A DNA stretch of 64,000 nt from an uncultured Verrucomicrobiae bacterium. GTDB lineage: Bacteria > Verrucomicrobiota > Verrucomicrobiia > Opitutales > JABDGR01. The position numbers and the translations under genes are program-made. Positions within the stretch are counted from its first letter, which is position 1; each line of letters opens with the position of its first letter. Positions 27,983 through 38,503 of the stretch are shown here, piece after piece. The DNA lies in NCBI GenBank assembly GCA_963765205.1, contig CAVXVB010000009.1, forward strand, positions 608,001 to 672,000, written 5' to 3'. Below the pieces are notes generated by a model. The model did no database searches and was not told where the DNA came from. It worked only from the letters and a program-made list of their open reading frames with translations.

Positions 27983-28750
27983 ATGGCCTCCGTCAATTAT
28001 TTTTCTTACCCAGCAGCGGCGGCGCGCTACGCCAAATTCCGGCCGTATTTTCATCCGCTCGCGATGGAACGCCTCGTGCGCTTCACGGGTTGCGCGCGGT
28101 TCGGCCACGCGCTGGATGTCGCCTGCGGCACCGGGCTTTCAACCCGGGCGATCGCCGAGGTGGCCGACCAGGTGACAGCGGTGGACAACTCCGCGCCCAT
28201 GCTGGCGCAGGCGCCCGTTTTGCCCAACGTCACCTACCAGCACGCCGCCGCCGAGGCCCTACCGTTTCCTGGGGAAGCATTCGACCTCATCGCCGTCGGC
28301 CTGGCCTTCCATTGGTTCGACCAGGACCAGTTCCTGCGCGAAGCCGCCCGCGTGCTGAAGCCGGGCGGTTGGCTGTTCATTTATAATAACATGTTCATGG
28401 GGGCGATGAGTGGCTGCCCGGAATTCAAAAAATGGGTGGATGAAGTTTATCTGGCGAAATACGTCACGCCGCCGCGCGTGCGTAAAAGAATTACCGTGGC
28501 CTCCGCGAACGCGTTCGGCTTCGAGTTGGCCGGGCGGGAAAATTTCCCGAACGAGGTGGTCATGACGCGCGAACAACTCGTCGGCTATTTTCTGTCCCAA
28601 AGCAATGTCATTGCTTTCGTCGAGCAGGGGAGCGAGGCGTTGGATGATGTGGCCGCGTGGCTGGACGAGGGCGTCGCACCCTTTTTCGAGCAGCCCACCC
28701 GCATCATGCAATTCGGCAGCGATGCCTGGTATCTGCGGAAGCAAGGATGA
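27983..28750 (+). CDS. Class I SAM-dependent methyltransferase
   Basis: LDVACGTG, AFHWFD and RVLKPGG motifs. Confidence 0.88.
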   Translation: MASVNYFSYPAAAARYAKFRPYFHPLAMERLVRFTGCARFGHALDVACGTGLSTRAIAEVADQVTAVDNSAPMLAQAPVLPNVTYQHAAAEALPFPGEAFDLIAVGLAFHWFDQDQFLREAARVLKPGGWLFIYNNMFMGAMSGCPEFKKWVDEVYLAKYVTPPRVRKRITVASANAFGFELAGRENFPNEVVMTREQLVGYFLSQSNVIAFVEQGSEALDDVAAWLDEGVAPFFEQPTRIMQFGSDAWYLRKQG

Positions 28751-28819
28751 GCGTGAAGCAGCAGCAATCCCTCCGGGTTTTAGCTTGCGGCGGGACGGCA
28801 GAATGAAGAAGCTCAGACC

Positions 28820-29251
28820 ATGGGTTATGCGCATGCCACGATCAGCTTGAAGAATCCGCGGGAGCCGTCGCTTGCGGCCGTCACGGTTGACGCGTTGGCG
28901 GACACCGGTTCGCTGCATCTTTGCATCCCCCGCCATCTGGCCATTCAATTGCATCTTGAGAAAATCTACGAGCGCGAGGTGACGACCGCCGACGGCCGCA
29001 AGCACTTGTGTTCCTACGTCGGGCCGCTGCAAGTCATTTTTGGGAATCGCGGGTGTTTTGGGGGCGCGATTATACTCGGCGACCAAGTCTTGCTGGGCGC
29101 CGTGCAGATGGAGGACATGGATTTGGTGGTGTCGCCGCCACGGCGCAAAGTCATTCCCAATCCGGATTCGCCCAACATCCCGACCGCCCTGGCCAAGGGT
29201 TTGCCGTCGGCGCGGCGCGGTGGGAAATCAAAACGGCGTTTGAAAAGGTAA
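28820..29251 (+). CDS. Clan AA aspartic protease (AF_0612-like)
   Basis: ALADTGS catalytic motif, VTTADGR and LLGAVQMEDMDLVV. Confidence 0.85.
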   Translation: MGYAHATISLKNPREPSLAAVTVDALADTGSLHLCIPRHLAIQLHLEKIYEREVTTADGRKHLCSYVGPLQVIFGNRGCFGGAIILGDQVLLGAVQMEDMDLVVSPPRRKVIPNPDSPNIPTALAKGLPSARRGGKSKRRLKR

Positions 29252-29406
29252 ATTGACACTGATGCGGCAGAGCGCCACAAAAGCGCATTAACGCCGAAAC
29301 AGGGGTGGAATGGTGGCTCGACGACGGCTTGGGGAATCGCCTGATTTTTCAGCGTGCCAGCGGCCATATTTTCTGTTCTAATCACCCTTTCTACACCGTT
29401 CCACCC

Positions 29407-29889
29407 ATGAATCCTGTCCTCAAATTGATGCTCGAAGGCGAGGCGCTTAGCACGGCCCAAATGGCCGAGGTGCTGCGCCTGGACACCGAGCAGGTCGAGC
29501 AGGAACTGGCGAATCTCAAGGCGCAGGGCGTGCTGCTGGGCTGGCGGCCGGTGCTCAATCCCGACTATCTTTCAGAAAACCAGGTGTTCGCGGTCATCGA
29601 GGTCAAGATCAGCCCCGAGCGCGAAGGCGGCTTCGACCGCCTGGCCATACGCATCGCGAAGTTCGAGCAGGTGCGTTCGTGCTATTTGATGTCCGGCGCG
29701 TATGACTTGATGGTCATTGTCAGCGCGCATAATTTGCGCGAGATCGCGGCGTTTGTGTTCGAGCGCCTGGCCACGTTGCACGGCGTGGTCTCGACGGCGA
29801 CGCACTTCATGCTGCGCGCGTACAAGGAGCAGGGCTACCTCCTCGCGCGCGAGCACGCCCCCGCCGACAAGCCCGCCGTCAGCGCGTGA
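29407..29889 (+). CDS. Lrp/AsnC family regulator (YugG-like)
   Basis: IEVKISPEREGGFDRLA, YLMSGAYDL and STATHF motifs; paired with the downstream aminotransferase. Confidence 0.88.
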   Translation: MNPVLKLMLEGEALSTAQMAEVLRLDTEQVEQELANLKAQGVLLGWRPVLNPDYLSENQVFAVIEVKISPEREGGFDRLAIRIAKFEQVRSCYLMSGAYDLMVIVSAHNLREIAAFVFERLATLHGVVSTATHFMLRAYKEQGYLLAREHAPADKPAVSA

Positions 29890-29989
29890 AGCGGGTGACC
29901 AATTGCGCATGGGCTGTTTCGGTGAACGCCCCTTTGCATTGGCCGCGGTTTGTTTTCATCCTTCATCCCTCATCTTTCATCCTTTGCCG

Positions 29990-31234
29990 ATGTCCGACTC
30001 TTCCCAGCGTTTCGTGGCCCGCCATGTGGCGACCCTGCCCCGCTCGGGCATCCGCGACTTTTTTGCCGTCGTCGCGCAGATGCCCGAGGCGATTTCGCTG
30101 GGCATTGGCGAGCCGGACTTCGTCACGCCCTGGCACATCCGCGAGGCGGCGATTTACGCGCTCGAACAGGGCAAGACGCACTACACCGACAACCGCGGCC
30201 TGATCGCGCTGCGCCGCGCTATCGCCGCCTATGTCGAAAAACATTTCCACCTCGAATACCGGCCCGAGGACGAAATTTTGACCACGGTCGGCGTCTCCGA
30301 GGCGCTCGACATCGCCCTGCGCGCGCTCGTCAACCCCGGCGACAAAGTGCTCTACCACGAGCCGTGCTACGTTTCGTATCATCCGAGCGTGACGCTCGTG
30401 CATGGCCAGGCCATTCCGGTGGCAACTTCCGCGCGCGACCAATTCGCGCTCGACCCGAACGCGTTGGCCGCCGCCTGGCAGCCGGGCTGCAAGGTGCTCG
30501 TGCTCAATTTTCCGACCAACCCCACCGGCGGTGTGGCCGACCGCCCGCGCCTCGAACGCATTGCGAAATTTGCCCAGGAGAAAGACCTCGTTGTGCTCAG
30601 CGACGAAATTTACGCCGAGCTGACTTTCGAGGGCGAGCACATCTCGATTGCCAGCCTGCCGGGGATGCGCGAGCGCACGGTGTTTTTGCACGGCTTGTCC
30701 AAGGCGTTTGCGATGACGGGCTTCCGCCTCGGCTATGCCTGCGGCCCGGCGGCGCTCATCGAGGCGATGATGAAAGTCCACCAGTATTGCATGATGTGCG
30801 CGCCGATCCTTTCGCAGGCTGCCGCCATCGAGGCCCTGCGCCACGGCTGGGACGACGTGTTGCGCATGCGCGACAAATACCACCAGCGGCGCGATTACAT
30901 CGTCGCGCGCTTCAACGAACTCGGACTGCCGTGCCATTTGCCGCGCGGAGCGTTTTACGCTTTTCCAAACGTGCAAAATTTCGGCCTGTCCTCGATGGAC
31001 TTTGCCACGCGTCTGCTGCATGAGCAGAAGGTCGCGGTTGTGCCGGGCACCGCCTTCGGGCCGGGCGGCGCGGGCTTTGTGCGCGCGAGTTTTTCCACCG
31101 GCTACGACCAACTCATCCAGGCCGGCGACCGCGTCGCCAAGTTTTTGGAGACGGTCGCGGGCGAAAAAGGCCTTCACCGCCAAGGCGCGAAGGACGACAA
31201 GGGTAAAAATCAACAATCGGCGGCGTTAGTCTAA
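29990..31234 (+). CDS. Class I/II PLP aminotransferase (YugH-like)
   Basis: SGIRDFF, GEPDFVTP, NFPTNPTG, SDEIYAEL and SKAFAMTGFRLGY motifs. Confidence 0.9.
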   Translation: MSDSSQRFVARHVATLPRSGIRDFFAVVAQMPEAISLGIGEPDFVTPWHIREAAIYALEQGKTHYTDNRGLIALRRAIAAYVEKHFHLEYRPEDEILTTVGVSEALDIALRALVNPGDKVLYHEPCYVSYHPSVTLVHGQAIPVATSARDQFALDPNALAAAWQPGCKVLVLNFPTNPTGGVADRPRLERIAKFAQEKDLVVLSDEIYAELTFEGEHISIASLPGMRERTVFLHGLSKAFAMTGFRLGYACGPAALIEAMMKVHQYCMMCAPILSQAAAIEALRHGWDDVLRMRDKYHQRRDYIVARFNELGLPCHLPRGAFYAFPNVQNFGLSSMDFATRLLHEQKVAVVPGTAFGPGGAGFVRASFSTGYDQLIQAGDRVAKFLETVAGEKGLHRQGAKDDKGKNQQSAALV

Positions 31235-31297
31235 GATGTCCGGGATCGTGCATTCATTTGCCCAATTTCTTGGCGATCTTTGCGTCTTAGCGGTGAA
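31173..31297. repeat. Second copy of the TTCACCGCCAAGGCGCGAAG palindromic element, overlapping the aminotransferase 3' end
   Basis: Left arm identical to the 10113 copy; degenerate right arm CTTTGCGTCTTAGCGGTGAA. Confidence 0.75.
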
Positions 31298-31302
31298 CCA
31301 AT

Positions 31303-32898
31303 ATGCCAACCATCACCCGCAGCGTGGCCCTCGTCGGCCGGCCCAACGTGGGCAAGAGCCGCCTCTTCAACCGTCTCGCGGGCCGGCGCATTTCCATCGT
31401 GCATGACCAGCCGGGTGTCACGCGCGATTTGATCACCGTCAACGTGCCGCCCGACCGTGGCGGGTATCTGCTGATGGACACGGGCGGCATCGGCCTGGCG
31501 CCGGGCATTTCCTCCGCCGCCATCGTCAAGGCCACCGAGGAGCAGGTGGATTTCGCGCTCGCGGCCGCCGGCCTCGTCTTGTTTGTCACCGACACGCACG
31601 CGGGCCTGACCGGCGGGGATGAGCGCATCGCCGAGCGGCTGCGCGCGTTTCGCAAGCCCACCATCCTCGTCGCCAACAAGGCCGACGACGCGCGGCGCGA
31701 AGCCGAGGCGCAGGCTGAATTCACCTCGCTGGGCTTCGGCGAAGTCGTTCCCGTTTCTGCCGAGCATGGGCACGGCGTCGAGGAATTGATGCAGCGAATT
31801 TCGCAGATTCTCGGCCCGCCGCCGGCGGAAGAGGCTCCGGACGCCGCCGCCGTGGAACGCATCAAGTTCGCCCTCATCGGCCGGCCCAACGTCGGCAAGT
31901 CCTCGCTCGGCAACGCACTCTTGAGCGACAAACGGTTGATCGTCAATGAAACCCCCGGCACGACGCGCGATACCATCGAGATCAATTTCGACTTTGCCGC
32001 GCCGGACGGCGGCCCGCCGTGGCCCTTCACTCTGCTCGACACCGCGGGCCTGCGACCCCGGCCGAGCGTCAAAACGCCGGTCGAATTCTTTTCCCAAAAC
32101 CGCTCGCGCGAAGCCATCGAGGAAAGCGATGTGGTCTTCCTCGTGCTTGACGCGCTCGAAGGCGTGACGAAGCAGGACAAGGTGCTCGCGGGCGATGTGT
32201 TGAAGGCCGGCAAGGGCCTCGTCATCGTCGTCAACAAATGGGACATCGCGCAGAAGCGTTTTGAGAAGGAGCCGCTGGAAGGTTACGCGAACGTGCACGA
32301 GTTTCGGAAGTCGTTTCAGCGGGCCGTCGAGCGCAACCTGTTTTTTATGCCGCTTTCGCCCGTGCTCTTCACCTCGGCGCATGAGGGCATCGGCGTGTCG
32401 GACATTTTGCGGGAGGCGCGCACGCTGTTTGCCACCATGAAGAAGAAGCTGCCCACCGGCGCGCTCAACCGCGTGCTCCAGGGCTTCCTGGAGGTGAACC
32501 CGCCCAAGTTCGTCGGCATGCGGCGCTTCAAATGTTACTACGCGGTGCAAGTCGCGCGGCACCCGTTTGTCTTCCGCCTCTATTGCAACCACGCAGAAAA
32601 GATGGACGAGGGTTATTCGCGCCATCTCGCCGCCGGCGTGCAAACCGCCTTCAAACTCAACGGCTGCCCGATCCGCTTCGAACTCGTCGGCAAACCCCCG
32701 CGCGCGGAAGGAACGAAGTTCACCACCAGATTCAACAACGCCGCGCGGCCCGGCAATTACCCCCACCAGCGCGACCAGACGGCGCGGTATGGGAAGTTCT
32801 CGCAGCGGAAGAAATTCAAGCACCAGGGCAAACCCTCCCCACCGGGTAGATTTCCTGCACAGGGGAAGATGCGCCTGCCGCGCATTGGGGAGGGTTAG
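31303..32898 (+). CDS. der: Ribosome biogenesis GTPase Der (EngA)
   Basis: Two GRPNVGKS P-loops, DTGG/DTAG and NKAD/NKWD motifs, KH-like tail. Confidence 0.97.
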   Translation: MPTITRSVALVGRPNVGKSRLFNRLAGRRISIVHDQPGVTRDLITVNVPPDRGGYLLMDTGGIGLAPGISSAAIVKATEEQVDFALAAAGLVLFVTDTHAGLTGGDERIAERLRAFRKPTILVANKADDARREAEAQAEFTSLGFGEVVPVSAEHGHGVEELMQRISQILGPPPAEEAPDAAAVERIKFALIGRPNVGKSSLGNALLSDKRLIVNETPGTTRDTIEINFDFAAPDGGPPWPFTLLDTAGLRPRPSVKTPVEFFSQNRSREAIEESDVVFLVLDALEGVTKQDKVLAGDVLKAGKGLVIVVNKWDIAQKRFEKEPLEGYANVHEFRKSFQRAVERNLFFMPLSPVLFTSAHEGIGVSDILREARTLFATMKKKLPTGALNRVLQGFLEVNPPKFVGMRRFKCYYAVQVARHPFVFRLYCNHAEKMDEGYSRHLAAGVQTAFKLNGCPIRFELVGKPPRAEGTKFTTRFNNAARPGNYPHQRDQTARYGKFSQRKKFKHQGKPSPPGRFPAQGKMRLPRIGEG

Positions 32899-32911
32899 GC
32901 TGTGCATCTTG

Positions 32912-32975
32912 TGGTAGGGACGGCTCTCCGAGCCGTCCGCGGATCCCGCTGAAGCGGGAGAGTGGCGTCCCTACC
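32912..32975. repeat. GTAG-type REP element
   Basis: GGTAGGGACGGCTCTCCGAGCCGTCC ... CGTCCCTACC inverted ends. Confidence 0.7.
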
Positions 32976-33062
32976 AAAATGCGCCGCAATCAGAAAAACA
33001 AAAATGTTTTTCATTGATGGGCAAGATGTTATGGAAGAAATGGCAAAAATTTGTTGCGGGGA

Positions 33063-33098
33063 ATCGAAAAACGATGTATATTTACTGATAAGCAGTAA
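33063..33098 (+). promoter_or_regulatory. Operator-like palindromes upstream of the DUF2975/HTH pair
   Basis: ATCG-N5-CGAT (33063-33075) and TTACTG-N5-CAGTAA (33082-33098). Confidence 0.5.
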
Positions 33099-33148
33099 TT
33101 AGTGGCTGTTTAATATTGAAAAACTGAACCCCAAAATACGGAGCCGCC

Positions 33149-33631
33149 ATGAGAAATTTTGAAAACAAAGAGAAAATCATGCGGAGGAGCGGAGATCTAT
33201 CAATTGTTTCCGCAGTGATGATGTTCTGGTCTGCATGCTTGGTTGCCACAGCCGCGCTAGCGCCCTTATACGGCGCAAGGCAAGGTTTTGGGTATAGACC
33301 CTTGGGTGCCTTGGGGTGTGTCATGGAGTTTATGATGTGGTGGAATATCTGGATTTTTTTCCGCCGACTGAAGAATGGCAACATCTTTGACGCACCCACG
33401 GTGGGGCGGCTGATGACCGCAGGCAAATGGAAATTGGCGGAGGTGATTATTTCGTGTGTAATGTGGGCGATATTCTCTTCGGACGGTTCGTATCCTTGGT
33501 GGTCGGGTCATCAAATATACGGCTATTTGGACCAGATCAGCAGATTATGGACGCCGCTGATGATTATTTTTGTAGCCTGGCTACTGCGTGAGGGGCAAAA
33601 CCTGGAGGAAGAACAGGAGCTGACCGTTTAA
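33149..33631 (+). CDS. DUF2975-like membrane protein
   Basis: Several TM helices, GNIFD, C-terminal LREGQNLEEEQELTV; adjacent to a YozG-like HTH gene. Confidence 0.75.
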   Translation: MRNFENKEKIMRRSGDLSIVSAVMMFWSACLVATAALAPLYGARQGFGYRPLGALGCVMEFMMWWNIWIFFRRLKNGNIFDAPTVGRLMTAGKWKLAEVIISCVMWAIFSSDGSYPWWSGHQIYGYLDQISRLWTPLMIIFVAWLLREGQNLEEEQELTV

Positions 33632-33632
33632 C

Positions 33633-33947
33633 ATGCAAATCATCGTCAACCTGGATGTGATGCTCGCGAAGCGGAAGCGGCGACTCAACGAGCTGTCGGA
33701 GTTTGTGGGCGTGTCGCCGCAAAATCTTTCGATCCTGAAAACGGGGAAGGCGCGGGCGGTAAGGTTTTCGACTCTGGCGGCGATTTGCCAATTCTTGGAA
33801 TGCCAGCCGGGGGATATTCTGGAGTATCGCGAGGAGGCGGTGGAAAACACCCCGAGGGACGTCGCCAGCGACGCCCCTACACCTGCTCAGGCGGAACCGA
33901 TCAGCATCCCGACGATGAAGACGAGCACGCCGCCGACCACGACTTGA
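33633..33947 (+). CDS. YozG-like Cro/C1 HTH regulator
   Basis: [13 protein letters not shown]...[18 protein letters not shown]...CQPGDILEY. Confidence 0.9.
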   Translation: MQIIVNLDVMLAKRKRRLNELSEFVGVSPQNLSILKTGKARAVRFSTLAAICQFLECQPGDILEYREEAVENTPRDVASDAPTPAQAEPISIPTMKTSTPPTTT

Positions 33948-34846
33948 AAGGTGGCGGCGAGCAGTGGGGTGTCCATGTAGCGGTGGCGAATCCAGGCGAT
34001 TACGCCGAGTTCAACGGCAACAATCGCAATGGCCAGCCAGGTCGCGTAATAAAAATTGGCAATCAGGAAGGGCAGAGTGTGGCCGATGCCGCCGGCGGTC
34101 GTCATCAGGCCGCAGACCGTGCCGCGCAGCCAGGGCTTGCCGCGCCCGCTGAGTACGCCGTCATCCGACATCGCCTCGGCAAAACCCATGCTGATGCCCG
34201 CCCCGAGCGAGGCTGCCAGGCCGACGAGAAAGGCGTCCCGGCTGCTCTGCGTGGCAAACGCCGCAGCAAAGACCGGCGCGAGGGTCGAGACCGAGCCGTC
34301 CATCAGCCCGGCCAAACCCGGCTGGACGGTCTGCAAGACAAAGCGGCGCCGTTCGGAATCGGTTTCCTGCTGCCGGGCGCCCGAAGCCTTTTGCTGCTCA
34401 TCCATCGCCTCGGCGAGATGGTAATGCTTGTCCTCCTCCGCGGCCAGATCGCCGAGCAATTGGCGCACGGCGGCGTCCGTGGCTTGCGGCAGCGCGGCGC
34501 GGTAGAATTTGCGCGCTTCCTCCTCCATGGATTCGACTTCGTTGCGAATCATCGAGATGCTCAGAATTTTATTCAACCATAGCGGCTTGCGGGCGATAAA
34601 GCCCTTCACGTCGGAGCGGCGGATGAGCGGGATGTGCTCACCGAAGCGTGCGCGGTAGAGGTTGAGCAGGCGGGTGCGGTGGCCGTTCTCCTCGTCGCGC
34701 ATGGCCACGAGTGTTTTCGCCGTCTCGGGATAATCCTGGGCGACGCGCGCGGCCAGATCGGCGTAGATGCGGCCGTCCTCCTCTTCCGCCTGGATGGCGA
34801 GGGCGAGCAACTCCTGCGCGGTGAGGTCCTTGAAATTTTTGGCCAT
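33887..34846 (-). CDS. mbfA: Rubrerythrin-VIT1 fusion iron exporter MbfA
   Basis: N-terminal ferritin-like EExxH motifs; [20 protein letters not shown] domain. Confidence 0.9.
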   Translation of the reverse strand: MAKNFKDLTAQELLALAIQAEEEDGRIYADLAARVAQDYPETAKTLVAMRDEENGHRTRLLNLYRARFGEHIPLIRRSDVKGFIARKPLWLNKILSISMIRNEVESMEEEARKFYRAALPQATDAAVRQLLGDLAAEEDKHYHLAEAMDEQQKASGARQQETDSERRRFVLQTVQPGLAGLMDGSVSTLAPVFAAAFATQSSRDAFLVGLAASLGAGISMGFAEAMSDDGVLSGRGKPWLRGTVCGLMTTAGGIGHTLPFLIANFYYATWLAIAIVAVELGVIAWIRHRYMDTPLLAATFQVVVGGVLVFIVGMLIGSA

Positions 34847-34898
34847 AAAATCAGGTGATGATTATTTGGCTTCAGGAAAATTTGGGGGGAGGAATTTT

Positions 34899-34971
34899 AC
34901 CACGGATGGCACGGATAACACGGATTGATTCGATCGTTCATCATCCGTGCTATCCGTGTCATCCGTGGTTC
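34899..34971. repeat. Inverted nonamer palindrome (CACGGATxx)n
   Basis: ACCACGGATGGCACGGATAACACGGAT ... ATCCGTGCTATCCGTGTCATCCGTGGT; a half copy lies at 38348-38375. Confidence 0.8.
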
Positions 34972-34997
34972 TCCGATCTTTGCGGCTGGGCGCGGGA

Positions 34998-36818
34998 TCA
35001 CGCCACGCTGGCCAGTTGGCGGGACTCGCGCTTGCGGTCTTCGGGCTTGAGGAATTTTTTGCGCAGGCGAAGGCTTTTCGGCGTCGCCTCGACGTATTCG
35101 TCTCCCGCGATATACTCAATGGCGCGTTCGAGGGTCAGCTTGATGGGCGGAGTGAGCTGGATGCCCTTGCCTTCGCCTTTCGAGCGCACGTTGCTCAGGT
35201 GTTTTTCGCGCGTGGGGTTGATGGGCAGGTCGTCCGCGCGCGGATTCTCGCCGACGATCATGCCCATATACACATCCTCGCCGCTGGTGATGAAGAGCTT
35301 GCCGCGCTCCTGAATCTGGTCGAGTGCGTAGGAGGTGGCCACGCCGGTGTCAGTCGAAACGAGGGTGCCGGTGAGGCGCGAGGTGATTTCGCCCGCGAAC
35401 GGCTCATAGTCGAGGAAGAGGTGCGACATGACGCCGCGGCCATTGGTCAAATTCATCAAGTCAAACTCGAAGCCGATGAGGCCGCGCGTGGGGATGGTGG
35501 CCTCGATGGTCACGCTGTGCGGGTGGGTTTCCATCTGCGAGATCGCGCCTTTGCGCGAGGAGAGCACCTTCATGACGCTGCCGATGGTTTCCTCGGGCAC
35601 TTCGAGCCAGAGATTTTCAAACGGCTCCTTGAGCACGCCGTCTTCCGTCTTGGTGATGACGAGGGGGCGCGAGACGAGCACCTCGTAGCCCTCGCGGCGC
35701 ATTTGCTCGACGAGCACGGCGATCTGCATCGCGCCGCGGGCGGAGACGTAATACACGCCGGCGCGCTCCGATTCCTCGACGTGGATGCTGACGTTGCCCT
35801 TTTGCTCGCGGTCGAGGCGTTCACGAATCTGGCGGGAGGTAACGAGTTTACCCTCGCGCCCGACGAACGGGCCGTCGTTCACGGCGAATTCCATGCGGAT
35901 GGTGGGCGGGTCAATCTCGACGAAGGGCAGGGCGGGCTGGTCTTCCAGCGCGCAGAGCGTCTCGCCGATGTCCACGTCGGTGAAGCCGGCCAGGCCGACG
36001 ATGTTGCCGGCGACGCCGAGGGCGGAATCGTTGGTCTGGGTGCCGCTGTATTCGAAGACCTTGGTGATCTTGTTGCGCTCGCGGGTGCCGTTTTTGAGGA
36101 CGCGGAAAATCTGGTCGCCGGTGGTCACCTGGCCGCCGATGATTTTGCCGATGGCGATGCGGCCGACGTAGTCGTCCCACGCGATGTTCGACACGAGCAT
36201 GGTGAAGGGGGCGGATTCGTCCGCCTTGGGGGGGGGGATATAGGACAGAATGGTTTCAAGCAGGGGAATCATGTCCGTCGGCTTGTCGGTCAATTCGCGC
36301 ACGGCGTAGCCATCGCGGGCGCTGCCGTAGAGGAACGGCGCGTTGAACTGCTCTTCGGTCGCGTGCAATTCGAGAAAGAGTTCCAGCACCTGGTCGTGAA
36401 CCTTCTTGGGGTTGCTGTTTTCGCGGTCAATTTTGTTGATGAAGACGATGGGGCGCAGGCCGTGCTGGAGGGCTTTGCGCAACACGAAGCGCGTCTGCGC
36501 CTGGGGGCCGTCATAGGCGTCCACGACGAGCATGACGCCGTCCACCATTTTCATGACGCGCTCGACCTCGCCGCCGAAGTCCGCGTGGCCGGGGGTGTCC
36601 ACGATGTTGATGATTTTGTCGCGCCAGTGGACGGAGGTGTTCTTGGCCTTGATGGTGATGCCCTTTTCGCGCTCGAGGTCCATGCTGTCCATGACGCGCT
36701 CGGCGACGACCTGGTTGGCGCGGAAGGCGCCGCCCTGGCGGAGCAGTTGGTCCACGAGGGTGGTTTTGCCATGGTCCACGTGGGCGATGATGGCGAGATT
36801 GCGGATGTTCTGGGACAT
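34998..36818 (-). CDS. typA: Translational GTPase TypA/BipA
   Basis: [40 protein letters not shown] and FVGREGK motifs. Confidence 0.97.
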   Translation of the reverse strand: MSQNIRNLAIIAHVDHGKTTLVDQLLRQGGAFRANQVVAERVMDSMDLEREKGITIKAKNTSVHWRDKIINIVDTPGHADFGGEVERVMKMVDGVMLVVDAYDGPQAQTRFVLRKALQHGLRPIVFINKIDRENSNPKKVHDQVLELFLELHATEEQFNAPFLYGSARDGYAVRELTDKPTDMIPLLETILSYIPPPKADESAPFTMLVSNIAWDDYVGRIAIGKIIGGQVTTGDQIFRVLKNGTRERNKITKVFEYSGTQTNDSALGVAGNIVGLAGFTDVDIGETLCALEDQPALPFVEIDPPTIRMEFAVNDGPFVGREGKLVTSRQIRERLDREQKGNVSIHVEESERAGVYYVSARGAMQIAVLVEQMRREGYEVLVSRPLVITKTEDGVLKEPFENLWLEVPEETIGSVMKVLSSRKGAISQMETHPHSVTIEATIPTRGLIGFEFDLMNLTNGRGVMSHLFLDYEPFAGEITSRLTGTLVSTDTGVATSYALDQIQERGKLFITSGEDVYMGMIVGENPRADDLPINPTREKHLSNVRSKGEGKGIQLTPPIKLTLERAIEYIAGDEYVEATPKSLRLRKKFLKPEDRKRESRQLASVA

Positions 36819-36934
36819 GGGTGCGGGCGCCGGGGTAGCCCCGGATTGGCGGGGCGAAAGTGCGCAAACGGTGAATCTGTCATGTTTTTTCGAGGAGGGC
36901 GAGAGGAAAGTGGGGGGAGGGGAGAAGAGGAGGG

Positions 36935-37230
36935 GCAGAGGGACAAAGGGACAGAGGCACAAAGGGGCGAAGGCATGAAGAAGCAAAGGGGGGGAGGGGG
37001 GGAGTGTGAAATGTGGAGTGTGGAGTGCGGAGTTCGGAATTTAGAATGGGGGGAGGGGGGGAGGGCCATGGCACGGGAGCACTGAGATACTGAGGCGCTT
37101 GGGGATGAGCATTGAGGATGAAATTTGCGGTGGTTGGGTGTTGAGGCAAGTATTATAACAGAAAACTCGGAAGGCGGTAGTGATGGGTTGGCTGCGTTGG
37201 GTAGGTTGGATGGGTTTGATGTGTTGGGAT
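36935..37230. repeat. Cluster of degenerate 7-9-mer arrays
   Basis: GGGACAAAGGGACAGAGGCACAAAGG; (GGAGTGT)n-like; (GGGTTGGAT)n-like. Confidence 0.55.
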
Positions 37231-37300
37231 ACTTTACTTCCATATGGATGCTCGACACTGCGACGGCCGGGGTTTATTTTTGGAGCGCTTCGCGTTCCTT

Positions 37301-38284
37301 ATGAAGACTACCCCCACCCAAAATCTTCCTGGCATTCGCCAGCGCGGCTGGGTGGCACGCGTTTTTCTATTTGCACTCGCTTGCAATTTTAGCCGCGGCC
37401 AGACCGGCGCGCCGGCCGCAACCTCGGCATCCGCTTCGCCCGCTGCGACGGCTTCCGCTCCGGCCACTGCGACTGTGCCCTTGGCAACGACTGCCCTGGT
37501 GCCGGTTCCGGCGCCACCGTTGACGGCCGCGCAGCAAGCTGTGCTCCAGGGCAAGTTCGCGGCTTTTGTGGCGCAGTTCGCGGCTGGCACGGGCATCAAG
37601 CTGGTGCCGATTCCCGCGGGCACGTTCCTGATGGGCAGCCCGGATGACGAGGCGGATCGCAACCTGGTCGAAGGCCCGCAGACGAAGGTGACGCTGACCA
37701 AGGATTTTTTTCTGGGCGCCACCGACGTGACGCAGGGCCAGTATGAGGCGGTGATGGGCCAGAATCCGAGCGGTTTCAAGGACGCCGGGAAAGACGCGCC
37801 GGTGGAGAATGTCTCGTGGGACGACGCGATGGCCTTCTGCCAGAAGCTGACCGCGCAGGAGCGCGCGGCCGGGCGGCTGCCGGAGGGTTACGTTTTCACG
37901 CTGCCGACGGAGGCGCAGTGGGAGTATGCGTGCCGGGCGGGGACGACCGGGCCGTTCGCGGGTGACCTCGACGCGATGGCTTGGTATGCCAAAAACAGCG
38001 GCGGCACGACGCACCCGGTGGGCCTGAAGAAGCCGAATGCGTGGGGGCTATACGACATGGAGGGCAACGTGATGCAGTGGTGCTACGATTGGTATGCGGT
38101 GAAGTATCATGGCGGGGAGGTGGCGGATCCGAAGGGACCGGTCGAAGGTTTCTACCGCGACGCGCGGGGCGGCCGGTGGAACGATCCGGCGGCGATGTGC
38201 CGTTCCGCGGCCCGCAGCGGCGCGTCGGAGGGCCGCGTGGACCATGTGATCGGCTTCCGCGTGGCGCTGAGCGCGGGGAAGTAG
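37301..38284 (+). CDS. Secreted formylglycine-generating enzyme (SUMF1/FGE-sulfatase) family protein
   Basis: IPAGTFLMGS, PVENVSWDDA, LPTEAQWEYACRAG, PNAWGLYDMEGNV and GFRV motifs. Confidence 0.92.
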   Translation: MKTTPTQNLPGIRQRGWVARVFLFALACNFSRGQTGAPAATSASASPAATASAPATATVPLATTALVPVPAPPLTAAQQAVLQGKFAAFVAQFAAGTGIKLVPIPAGTFLMGSPDDEADRNLVEGPQTKVTLTKDFFLGATDVTQGQYEAVMGQNPSGFKDAGKDAPVENVSWDDAMAFCQKLTAQERAAGRLPEGYVFTLPTEAQWEYACRAGTTGPFAGDLDAMAWYAKNSGGTTHPVGLKKPNAWGLYDMEGNVMQWCYDWYAVKYHGGEVADPKGPVEGFYRDARGGRWNDPAAMCRSAARSGASEGRVDHVIGFRVALSAGK

Positions 38285-38399
38285 GGGGCTGGCTTTGGTT
38301 TCAGGCGTCAACCCGGTGCGTATTATCTTGTTTCAAGGTTCAATTTGACCACGGATTACACGGACAGCACGGATGCAAGAAAAGGGCGTGCGCGGGGTG

Positions 38400-38502
38400 G
38401 TGCTGGCATCCCTCCAAGATGCATGGCTGTTGGTCGTGGTTTCCGGGGGTCTGCGCTACGCCCCGACCCCCGGCTAATTTCTGGCAACCCTCCGGGTTTG
38501 CC
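38400..38502. repeat. REP-like multi-hairpin element
   Basis: CTGGCATCCCTCCAAGATGC ... CCGGGGGTC-loop-GACCCCCGG ... CTGGCAACCCTCCGGGTT. Confidence 0.6.
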
Positions 38503-38503
38503 G

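Noticed and set aside
34947..37085. Long antisense ORFs (for example 34947..37085, 31231..32907, 18557..20269, 47133..48704)
   Set aside because: GC-rich shadows of well-supported genes on the opposite strand; no motifs of their own.
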